Part shown: one piece after another, positions 56,581 to 64,000 of the stretch
Position numbering within the stretch: position 1 is the first letter of the stretch
Layout of the letters: each line of letters begins with the position of its first letter
Assembly: GCA_965226155.1 (NCBI GenBank)
Contig: OZ245331.1
Coordinates: 1,182,064 to 1,246,063 of the forward strand
Length of the DNA stretch: 64,000 bases
Direction of reading: 5' to 3'
DNA from: Gammaproteobacteria bacterium
GTDB taxonomy: Bacteria; Pseudomonadota; Gammaproteobacteria; Eutrophobiales; Eutrophobiaceae
The notes under the pieces: model-generated
Databases searched by the model: none
What the model was told of the DNA's origin: nothing
Seen by the model: only the letters and a program-made list of their open reading frames with translations
Translations under genes and position numbers: made by a program

Positions 56581-57423
56581 TTATTGCTTTCCTGCAACTA
56601 GCCACATATTGTCACTAAACGGTAATTTATCCATAACGCCAAAGCGACGCACGGTAAACCCAGCGTTTTCGCACATCGTTCGTAGTGTATGCGGTGTGAA
56701 ATAGTTCAAGTGATCTGGAAATCGGAAGCCAGACCATTTATCACTTAGAACGACTCGGTTCAAACAACCGTAGTTTGGTACTTTAATAATCGCAACACCA
56801 TTTTTATCCAGCACGCGATACGTTTCTTCAAGGACTTCCCTTGGATAAGCTTCGTGCTCTAAATAAGAACGCATGATTACCCCTGATGCAAAATATTCCG
56901 GAAATGCTTTAAGACCCTCTAACGCCGACTTATTAACAATACCGCCATTGCGATTTTCTGCATGAGTAACGGCATATGACGCTTCAGCTTCAGAGATCTC
57001 TATCCCATAAGGCACGTATGGTGCAGGGAGGCGTTTTAATTGATCACCTTTACCACACCCAATATCTACTACATTACCTGAAGTGACATAATGCTTTAAA
57101 AGATGTTCTACGTGCTTTTTCTTAATGATGTGTAGTCGCCATCTTGTCTTTTTGCTTAGCCAATACATGATAGGAAACTTATCTTTTCTCTTAACTTGTC
57201 GGTCCGCTGCCGTTTTCTCCCAGGAGAATTCACTGACCAATTCTTCATAGATAGGGGCTGCGACTAAATAAATAAAATTGCATTTAGCGCATTCGTTCAT
57301 GTGCCAAATGGAATCAGAGTATTTACTGCGTGTGGCAGAGGAAGAGGAAGTCCCACAAAGCGGGCAATTGCGTAATATAGCCTTACGCTCACCTATGCTT
57401 ACTGTAGTTGAATGTGTTTCCAT
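56581..57423 (-). CDS. class I SAM-dependent methyltransferase with N-terminal zinc ribbon
   Basis: CPLCG...CAKC ribbon; VVDIGCGKGDQL motif I; GVAIIKVPN. Confidence 0.75.
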   Translation of the reverse strand: METHSTTVSIGERKAILRNCPLCGTSSSSATRSKYSDSIWHMNECAKCNFIYLVAAPIYEELVSEFSWEKTAADRQVKRKDKFPIMYWLSKKTRWRLHIIKKKHVEHLLKHYVTSGNVVDIGCGKGDQLKRLPAPYVPYGIEISEAEASYAVTHAENRNGGIVNKSALEGLKAFPEYFASGVIMRSYLEHEAYPREVLEETYRVLDKNGVAIIKVPNYGCLNRVVLSDKWSGFRFPDHLNYFTPHTLRTMCENAGFTVRRFGVMDKLPFSDNMWLVAGKQ

Positions 57424-57453
57424 TCTCGATAAGTTCGTTGGTTCAAAAGTCCA

Positions 57454-58281
57454 TTAGCCGAACAGTTCATTTAGTTTTTCGCCTGGATCATCAGCCGCAA
57501 TTAATGCTTCCCCAACTAAGAAAGCGTTTACGCCATGCTTACGCATCAATGACACATGTTCCTTTGAGTGTATGCCACTTTCAGTAATAACCGTGCGGTC
57601 TGGAAAGACATCAGCCAATAAGTTGATCGTCGTATTTAGATCAGTGTCGAATGTATGCAGATCGCGGTTGTTGATGCCGATCAATGGTGTCCTTAGTACT
57701 AGCCCGCGTTCCAATTCCTCTCGATTATGTACTTCAACTAGGATGTCTATATCTAGTTCTTTAGCAATTTCTGTCATTTCTTGCAGTTGACTATCTGACA
57801 GTGCGGAGACTATCAGTAGAATGCAATCGGCGCCTATCACTTTTGATTCGTATATCTGATAAGGATCGATCATGAAGTCTTTACGTAAAACAGGGAGTTG
57901 GCAGGCGTCCTTTGCTTGTATGATATGTTGATTGTCACCTTGGAAAAAGTCTTGATCAGTTAAGATAGACAAGCAAGCGGCACCCGCATTCGCATACGAA
58001 GTCGCTATCAACGACGGATCAAAATCAATACGCAATACTCCCCGGCTCGGAGACGCCTTTTTAATTTCGGCAATGACGGCTGGTTTCCCCGCTTCAATTT
58101 TTGCCATAAGCGCCTGATAAAAGCCTCGTGGCGAATCGCTATCCTCCGCCATTTTTTTGAGATCTATCAAGCTTACTTTATCTTTTTGCTCCCTAACTTC
58201 CTCTTTTTTACGCGCTAGGATCCTAGTTAGAACATCAGCTACAGGTGTCATGTCGGATCCTTTTAGTGAGTTACTTTGCAA
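57454..58281 (-). CDS. trpC: indole-3-glycerol-phosphate synthase
   Basis: VIAEIKKASPS, RKDF, NNRDL motifs. The true start may be the internal Met (MTPVADVL). Confidence 0.92.
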   Translation of the reverse strand: MQSNSLKGSDMTPVADVLTRILARKKEEVREQKDKVSLIDLKKMAEDSDSPRGFYQALMAKIEAGKPAVIAEIKKASPSRGVLRIDFDPSLIATSYANAGAACLSILTDQDFFQGDNQHIIQAKDACQLPVLRKDFMIDPYQIYESKVIGADCILLIVSALSDSQLQEMTEIAKELDIDILVEVHNREELERGLVLRTPLIGINNRDLHTFDTDLNTTINLLADVFPDRTVITESGIHSKEHVSLMRKHGVNAFLVGEALIAADDPGEKLNELFG

Positions 58282-59293
58282 GCTTTGTTGTTAATTTGAT
58301 CAGCTCATCTAGCTTCTGAGCAGCGCTGCCATTGGCAAGAACTTCATCTGCTTTCGCAATACCGGACTCAATGTCGTTAGTAAGGTCAGCTGCATAGATA
58401 GCCGCACCCGCATTCAGACAAATGATGTCTCGAGCTGTTCCAGGATCATTGTTCAATACAGATAGCAAGAGATCTAAACTGCTTTCAATACTGTCAACGG
58501 TGATATCAGCACTGTTGCCGAGCGCTAAGCCATATTGTTCCGGATTAATGTTGTACGTCAGAATTTCTCCTTGTTTCAGTTCAGCAACATGAGTTGTGGC
58601 AGATATACTAATTTCATCCATACCATCTTCCGAATGGACGACCAGTGAATGCTTGCTGCCAAGTTTTTGTAAAACCTCTGCGAATTGGATCACTAATTCC
58701 TGTTTGTAAACACCGAGTAGTTGGTTCTGAACCATCGCAGGGTTAGTCAGTGGTCCAAGTAGGTTAAATATGGTTCGAGCCCCCAGTTCCTTTCGCGGCC
58801 CGGCGGCATATTTCGTTGCACTGTGGTGGGCCGGTGCAAACATGAATCCGACGCCTACCTTATTTATACATTCGGCTGTCTGTTTGGGGGGGAGTCCGAG
58901 AATGACGCCGGCTTTTTCCAGTACGTCCGCACTACCACTGCGACTGGATACCGAACGGTTATTGTGCTTTGCCACCTTGCCGCCAGCGGCAGCTACCACG
59001 AATGCAGAAGTGGTCGATATATTAAATGTATGTGAACCATCTCCGCCAGTGCCGACGATATCAACCAGATTCTTGCCACTGACTTCAACCTTTAAGGCAA
59101 ATTCGCGCATGACCGTTGTTGCTGCTGCGATCTCTTCCACAGTTTCGCCTTTCATCCGTAATCCGATGAGAAAGCCACCAATCTGTGCGGGTGTCGCTTC
59201 TCCGCGCATGATGATACCCATTACCGATTGCATATCATCACTATCCAGATCGATATTATCGATGACTTGATTTATGGCTGATTGGATATCCAC
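58271..59293 (-). CDS. trpD: anthranilate phosphoribosyltransferase
   Basis: GTGGDG..TFNISTT and KHNNRSVSSRSGSADVLE motifs; GTG start overlapping the trpG stop. Confidence 0.92.
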   Translation of the reverse strand: MDIQSAINQVIDNIDLDSDDMQSVMGIIMRGEATPAQIGGFLIGLRMKGETVEEIAAATTVMREFALKVEVSGKNLVDIVGTGGDGSHTFNISTTSAFVVAAAGGKVAKHNNRSVSSRSGSADVLEKAGVILGLPPKQTAECINKVGVGFMFAPAHHSATKYAAGPRKELGARTIFNLLGPLTNPAMVQNQLLGVYKQELVIQFAEVLQKLGSKHSLVVHSEDGMDEISISATTHVAELKQGEILTYNINPEQYGLALGNSADITVDSIESSLDLLLSVLNNDPGTARDIICLNAGAAIYAADLTNDIESGIAKADEVLANGSAAQKLDELIKLTTKLAK

Positions 59294-59877
59294 TATGTTT
59301 TCAGATCCAGAAAGTTTTTTAATAGGTCATGTCCATGTGCGGTGAGGATCGATTCAGGATGGAACTGCATGCCGTAGACTTGATATTCTTTGTGTCGTAA
59401 TCCCATGATCTCGTCAATACTGCCGTCTTCCGAGGTGGTCCAAGCGGTGACCTCCAATTCATCCGGTAATGATTCTTGCTCAATAACCAGTGAATGGTAT
59501 CGTGTTGCAGTAAATGGTTTAGTAAGTCCTTTGAAGACGTCGGTATTGTTGTGATGAATATCTGAAGTTTTGCCGTGCATTATCTGTTTCGCGTGCACAA
59601 CTCGACCGCCGAAGGCTTGTCCTATGCATTGATGGCCGAGACAAATACCAAGTATGTGGATCTTTCCCTTGAAGTTTTCGATGACATCAAGTGATATGCC
59701 ACCTTCATTTGGAGTACAAGGTCCAGGCGAAATAACAATACGTTCAGGTTGCATATTCTCGATACCACTTATAGTGACCTTATCATTTCGGAACACGTGC
59801 ACGTCTTCACCCAGTTCACCAAAATATTGCACCAGGTTATAGGTAAAAGAATCGTAGTTGTCGATCATTAAGAGCAT
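59293..59877 (-). CDS. trpG: anthranilate synthase component II (glutamine amidotransferase)
   Basis: [32 protein letters not shown]. Start set at ATG 59877; the track ORF extends to 59892. Confidence 0.9.
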   Translation of the reverse strand: MLLMIDNYDSFTYNLVQYFGELGEDVHVFRNDKVTISGIENMQPERIVISPGPCTPNEGGISLDVIENFKGKIHILGICLGHQCIGQAFGGRVVHAKQIMHGKTSDIHHNNTDVFKGLTKPFTATRYHSLVIEQESLPDELEVTAWTTSEDGSIDEIMGLRHKEYQVYGMQFHPESILTAHGHDLLKNFLDLKT

Positions 59878-59931
59878 AAATAATGTAACCAATTGTTTAT
59901 ATTAATATTAGTAGTGCCTTACATGTATAGT

Positions 59932-59950
59932 AATGTCCGCTTTGTGCCAT
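59932..59950. repeat. REP-like element, half copy (g)
   Basis: AATGTCCGCTTTGTGCCAT; the distal arm is replaced by the 3' end of the DUF3592 ORF. Confidence 0.55.
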
Positions 59951-60351
59951 TATACACCGGCCAAGATGACGTAGACGATAAGTCCCATTGACAATACACC
60001 AATTATTAAAAAAGCATAAGGCGCAGCATACAATGAAAAAAATGAATATGGTGTATAGGATTCTGGATTATTGGGGTCATAGAGAATGACAATTTGCTTT
60101 CCAATTTTTCGTGGAAAACTTGACTGAACGTTAGGCCTAGCAATGAATTCTTTATTATTTATTTTAAATTTCACTATCTCACTGTAAACAGCGCTATCCT
60201 CATCAGAGCCGTCATCATGTTTTATGATAACCGCTTTTGTTTTCGTCCAATTCCGAACTCGATAATGATTGACTGATAAAAAAATGTACCCCCCAACACA
60301 AAATATAATGGAGAAGAAAAACAGAAATAAATATCCAAAAAAGTTCACCAT
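59950..60351 (-). CDS. DUF3592-like membrane protein
   Basis: TM / beta-rich middle / TM layout; W..T.A.I motif region (VRNWTKTKAVII) and ILYDPNNP, typical of DUF3592. Confidence 0.6.
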   Translation of the reverse strand: MVNFFGYLFLFFFSIIFCVGGYIFLSVNHYRVRNWTKTKAVIIKHDDGSDEDSAVYSEIVKFKINNKEFIARPNVQSSFPRKIGKQIVILYDPNNPESYTPYSFFSLYAAPYAFLIIGVLSMGLIVYVILAGV

Positions 60352-60683
60352 TACTTATGATCCGTTTGACTAGACGAAACGGGTGCGACAACATTTCCTG
60401 AATTTGCCCTAGCGCGTTGCATATATGGACTGTTTATATACTTCGTATAACCTGTTATGGCTATATCCAACGATAAAATCAAAACTGCTCCTCAGAAAAT
60501 TTGCGTCTTCTTGCTAGCTAATATAGTCGGAAAAAGAACAAAAATTACGGCAGTAGCAGAAAATGTAAACTGTGCTTCAGAGCAGTCGCAGTTACCCCTA
60601 ATCCATTCATGATTAGGGCAAACCAACATAGTGCCGATGCAGATTTTGGATTTATAGCCATATCTTTTTAACTATTTCATTTG

Positions 60684-60713
60684 GATGTCCGCTTTGTGCC
60701 AATAGCGGACATT
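60684..60713. repeat. REP-like palindromic element (copy h)
   Basis: GATGTCCGCTTTGTGCCAATAGCGGACATT; overlaps the stop codon of the methyltransferase ORF. Confidence 0.8.
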
Positions 60714-61344
60714 AACTCTCCTGTTTAGCCTTCTTTGCTACAATAAATACTGCTTTGTTTTTACCAGGTTGCCATTGGTGGTCAATCTCAAAACCGGCAT
60801 TGGATAAACTATCTGCCAATTCATTTGTAGTAAAGATCTTGATTACTGGCATAAGTCTAAAGAATTTTCCAATCGGTGCGATTATCTTAAAAAATTTCAT
60901 GGAATCACCGATGCATGCCGTGCTGGTTATGAAAATGCCGGTTGGTTTAAGTATTACATGAACTCTGACGATTATTTCTTGCCAGTTGCCTAGTAAGTGC
61001 AGAATACTGAGCCCTAATACTACGTCCAAAGATTGTTTGGGCACACTAAATTCGTCAATTGTAGAACATTTAAAAGTAATATTTTCGATTTTCTCCGCAT
61101 CAACTTTGCCTTGGGCGATGTCAATCATTTTCGACGATATATCAATTGCATGAATATGCTTCACGTAAGGCGCATGCATGATAGCTGTCGACCCTGTTCC
61201 GCAGCCTAACTCAAGTACGTCCATACCTGGACGAAGGTATTCACGTGTGACCTGCAACTTTTTTTGGTAAGCGGCTTCATCAGCAACGGGTCGTTTTGAA
61301 TAGCGCTCTGCAAGTTTGTCCCAAAATTTTGCTGACTTATCCAT
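60712..61344 (-). CDS. class I SAM-dependent methyltransferase
   Basis: Start set at the internal Met (MDKSAKFWDKLAERY), which removes the overlap with the upstream ORF. VLELGCGTGS motif I. Confidence 0.75.
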   Translation of the reverse strand: MDKSAKFWDKLAERYSKRPVADEAAYQKKLQVTREYLRPGMDVLELGCGTGSTAIMHAPYVKHIHAIDISSKMIDIAQGKVDAEKIENITFKCSTIDEFSVPKQSLDVVLGLSILHLLGNWQEIIVRVHVILKPTGIFITSTACIGDSMKFFKIIAPIGKFFRLMPVIKIFTTNELADSLSNAGFEIDHQWQPGKNKAVFIVAKKAKQES

Positions 61345-61361
61345 TGCAACTACGATACTCT

Positions 61362-61865
61362 TCAAAGTCTGAATAATAGAATTATTAACAAGGCAGATAC
61401 CAAGCACGCAAAGGCCGTCCTTATTAAGTTCCACTGATTCCAACGCGGTTCAAAATCTTTACGGGCCGCTTTTTGCTCTGTTTCATTCATAGTGTCGACA
61501 TCCAAAGTTTGTAATTTGTTATTCAGCGGAATGTTAATAGAGATGGTCGGCAGTTGGATGCCGAGAAAGTAGATAAGTGTGGCGAAGATTATGAGCAGCT
61601 GCCCAACTCCGTCCAATTGACCAATGCTAAGAACAGCCGAGGTCGCCAAAGCCAGAACAGAACCGACCCATACCAATACAAAAATTGGTTGATTATTCTG
61701 GATAACGCCATCCATTACCTGAAAAGCTCGGATAAAATCCCGATCATTTAAACTTCTTATGCCCGGCATAACTACTATGGCAAAAGCAAACAGAAAACCT
61801 GCCACTAGGGAGCACAGAAACGTAGCCAAGAATAATGAAACCTGGAAGATTCCTGCTGTTGACAT
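61362..61865 (-). CDS. DUF1772 (anthrone-oxygenase-like) membrane protein
   Basis: 167 aa, four TM; FAFAIVVMPG...F and W...W..WN..R pattern typical of DUF1772. Confidence 0.6.
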   Translation of the reverse strand: MSTAGIFQVSLFLATFLCSLVAGFLFAFAIVVMPGIRSLNDRDFIRAFQVMDGVIQNNQPIFVLVWVGSVLALATSAVLSIGQLDGVGQLLIIFATLIYFLGIQLPTISINIPLNNKLQTLDVDTMNETEQKAARKDFEPRWNQWNLIRTAFACLVSALLIILLFRL

Positions 61866-61895
61866 GGAAAAGTCTCCTTTTTGTATTAATGCAGC

Positions 61896-62519
61896 CTAAT
61901 AAGAAACGCCAGGTGTCATACGTAAGTAGCTATCGTCTACCAGCTGAGTCAGTATGAAATCGGCAACGTCAGCACGGGAGATTTTTAGTTTGAGTCCTTT
62001 TTCAGTTCCCGGAAATCCATGCTTATAACTACCCGTGCGTTTGCCGTCGGTGTATGCCGCAGGCCGGACGATCGTCCAGTCCAGCCCGCTATGTATCACA
62101 TAGTCTTCCTGAGAGATGTGATCTGCGTATGCTGCACGTAGCAACATGCCAAACATGATGTACTTCCAAAAGAAATTCAGATTGTCACAGCTGTCACCAA
62201 CACCCAGGCTTGAGAGACAAACAAGGCGCCGTACATCGCTTTCTTGCATTGCCCGGACAATATTGCAAGTACCCGTCGAGCGAACTTGACCTGACATACC
62301 TGCACCCAGCGCAACCAGGACAGCATCATGATCTACAACCGCCTGATCGACGGGTGCCGTATCCATGACATCGCCTTCGATAAATTTGAGACTGGCGTGA
62401 TTAATCGCCAATTTCGATTGATCGCGGACAAATGCGGTAACTGTATGGCCCTTTTCAAGTGCTTGAGTCACTAGCTCACGACCGATTGTGCCGGTTGCGC
62501 CAAAAATTAGAATTTTCAT
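61896..62519 (-). CDS. NAD(P)H-binding SDR-like oxidoreductase
   Basis: MKILIFGATGTIGRELV Rossmann motif; 207 aa; NmrA/flavin-reductase-like. Confidence 0.75.
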   Translation of the reverse strand: MKILIFGATGTIGRELVTQALEKGHTVTAFVRDQSKLAINHASLKFIEGDVMDTAPVDQAVVDHDAVLVALGAGMSGQVRSTGTCNIVRAMQESDVRRLVCLSSLGVGDSCDNLNFFWKYIMFGMLLRAAYADHISQEDYVIHSGLDWTIVRPAAYTDGKRTGSYKHGFPGTEKGLKLKISRADVADFILTQLVDDSYLRMTPGVSY

Positions 62520-62578
62520 CTTTCTTTCTTTCGGTTAAGAAATGGAGATATTTAAATAAAGAGAAAACTATTTATTTA

Positions 62579-62608
62579 AATGTCTGCTTTGTGCCATAAG
62601 TGGACATA
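62579..62608. repeat. REP-like palindromic element (copy i)
   Basis: AATGTCTGCTTTGTGCCATAAGTGGACATA. Confidence 0.75.
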
Positions 62609-62640
62609 ATCATAAAATGATTTTGCTAAACAAGAACCAC

Positions 62641-63171
62641 CTAAATTACATTTCTTATTGGAAATATAGAAATTGTACAAATCGCTCTGGGTCCCCCAAC
62701 CGAACCCAAGCAATCCATATTCATGCGAATAGATATATAGAGTGTTGCAATCTGCTTCATTTTCATCAGCTTTATGTTCACAGATATTGTGTGTTTTTTT
62801 GATTCAATAACAAAGTAATCCGCTATATTCAATCCAAGTAAGTTGATATTTAATTTTTCTTCTTGTATGCGGAAGTTGCCGCATCCAGATTCCCACGTAT
62901 CAGTAAGTTTCTTTGGCATCAAGATGTCAAACTGGAGTGTTCCTAAACATAACGTAACATTATCATTGTCACAATCAATCTCTTCTATTGTTACATCTGC
63001 GAGACTCAAGTTCACTGAATCACCACTTGACCAGAAAATATAGTTAGAACCAAATCCTATTACAGACTGATACACCCAGACATTTTCTTTCTTGCCTTCA
63101 TCTTCAGGGAAACAATTAAATGAAATTATATAACACAGCATGATAAAGGTTTTCTGGTAATGGTTTAGCAT
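62641..63171 (-). CDS. hypothetical protein
   Basis: 176-aa ORF, very AT-rich; starts 15 nt from the IS30 copy 4 end; no family recognised. Confidence 0.4.
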   Translation of the reverse strand: MLNHYQKTFIMLCYIISFNCFPEDEGKKENVWVYQSVIGFGSNYIFWSSGDSVNLSLADVTIEEIDCDNDNVTLCLGTLQFDILMPKKLTDTWESGCGNFRIQEEKLNINLLGLNIADYFVIESKKHTISVNIKLMKMKQIATLYISIRMNMDCLGSVGGPRAICTISIFPIRNVI

Positions 63172-63186
63172 ATTAATATCTTATTG

Positions 63187-64000
63187 CGCGGATTCAACTT
63201 TGAAGTGCAACGTTGATGTTAAAAAAGACTTCATGTGGTGTTTTTGAATTAAGTGTTTTTCTGGGACGGTGATTGAGTTTTTTCATGCCCAAGTTTAACT
63301 GCTTTTGTGTAATCGTGCTGGAGTCCATTTTCTTTGGGAAGTACTGTCGAATGAGACCATTGATATTTTCATTTAAACCCCGTTCCCAGGAGGCATAAGG
63401 ATGTGCAAAATAGAACCCCGCGTTCAATTGTTGAGCAATAACCTCATGCTCAGCAAATTCTTTTCCATTATCCGAGGTGATCGTGTGAACCGACGCCTTC
63501 ATATTAGACAACAATCGCACGATAGCTTGCCTGACGGCAGAGGCAGTTCGTCGTTTCACCTGTGCAAATCAAGGTGTACATCGACTTGCGCTCGCTCAAG
63601 GTGACCAGCGCCTGTCGATGGCCTTTGCCGATGACGGTGTCCACTTCCCAGTCACCGATGCGTGTCTTCCTGTTCACAATGGCGGGACGCTTATCAATGC
63701 TGCCCTGATTCACCAGAACCCCACGACGTTGATAACTACCATAACGCTTCTTTCGTTTCTTCTGGCAACGCAAGTACCGGTACAGCTCACCGCCGTCTGC
63801 CTTGTCCTGGTATATGTAGTGATATATCCATTCATGACTCAGAGCGATACCTTCTCGTTTATGCAACCAGTCACTGATTTGCTCAGGACTCCATTCGTCC
63901 CGCAGCCAGACCTCTACTCGCTCCCACAAGGTCGTGGGGAGTCGCTGTTGTTGGCTGGCTTCTCGACGCGCTTGCCGGAGCAACTGAGCTTGGCGGGGTC
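63187..64000 (-). mobile_element. IS30-family insertion sequence, copy 4 (frameshifted; left end beyond window)
   Basis: Right-end sequence CGCGGATTCAACTTTGAAGTGCAAC at 63187. Otherwise collinear with copies 1 and 2 to the window edge. Confidence 0.85.
63194..64000 (-). pseudogene. IS30 transposase with a +1 frameshift (partial in window)
   Basis: CTTGATTTGCACAGG versus CTTGATTGCACAGG in the intact copies; the ORF splits into 63504-63983 and 63194-63559. Confidence 0.8.

Noticed and set aside
61345-61443. An 82-nt overlap between the methyltransferase ORF (to 61443) and the DUF1772 ORF.
   Set aside because: An internal Met (61344) directly precedes the conserved MTase N-terminus (MDKSAKFWDKLAERY). 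Starting there removes the overlap.
59932-62608. The REP copies as integron attC sites (a gene-cassette array).
   Set aside because: The window has no intI integrase or attI. The elements are only ~30 bp and lack the R''/L''-L'/R' (RYYYAAC...GTTRRRY) organisation. In the 21-28 kb patch their orientation does not track gene orientation.
63557-63574. The +1 T in IS30 copies 3 and 4 as a programmed ribosomal frameshift site.
   Set aside because: Copies 1 and 2 encode the full transposase in a single uninterrupted frame across this position. IS30-family elements are not known to use frameshifting. A mutational origin is simpler.

Overview
AT-rich (roughly 40% GC by eye) gammaproteobacterial chromosome segment. 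Most of it is conserved housekeeping sequence with Pseudomonas-like synteny: ruvX-yqgE-tonB-gshB, hemCDXY, ParA-like plus phosphoribulokinase, msbA, a MoxR/DUF58/transglutaminase operon, pmbA, uvrD, dsbA / cytochrome c4 / engB, rpmE, xthA, prlC, moeB-prmC-prfA-hemA divergent from TPR-lolB-ispE-tRNA-Gln-prs-rplY-pth-ychF, and trpGDC. Two accessory patches interrupt it, at about 18.1-31.9 kb and 59.9-64.0 kb. They hold four copies of one 1068-bp IS30-family element (two intact, two defective), two integrase-less islets next to tRNA-Arg(CCG) bounded by direct repeats of the tRNA 3' end, a ~30-bp palindromic REP-like family (about 10 copies, seen only in the accessory patches), one MITE-like element, and small orphan ORFs. 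At least four chromosomal genes (moxR, doxX, a CheY-like receiver, a class II aldolase) carry in-frame stops or frameshifts while their neighbours are intact. Together with the IS expansion, this suggests ongoing genome decay. I found no rRNA, CRISPR array, prophage or recognisable defence system, and I cannot point to a clearly novel multi-gene system. The observations most worth follow-up are: (1) an IS30 insertion exactly between the SD and the ATG of a TRAP binding-protein gene, with all four IS copies reading out into the 5' end of a co-oriented gene; (2) a DnaA-box cluster plus AT-rich tract and a GC-rich structured element in the engB-rpmE spacer; (3) a Fur-box-preceded porin / FMN-binding / PepSY operon; (4) a zinc-ribbon/TM/GspG-domain fusion protein. 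All family assignments come from reading the translations, not from database searches.
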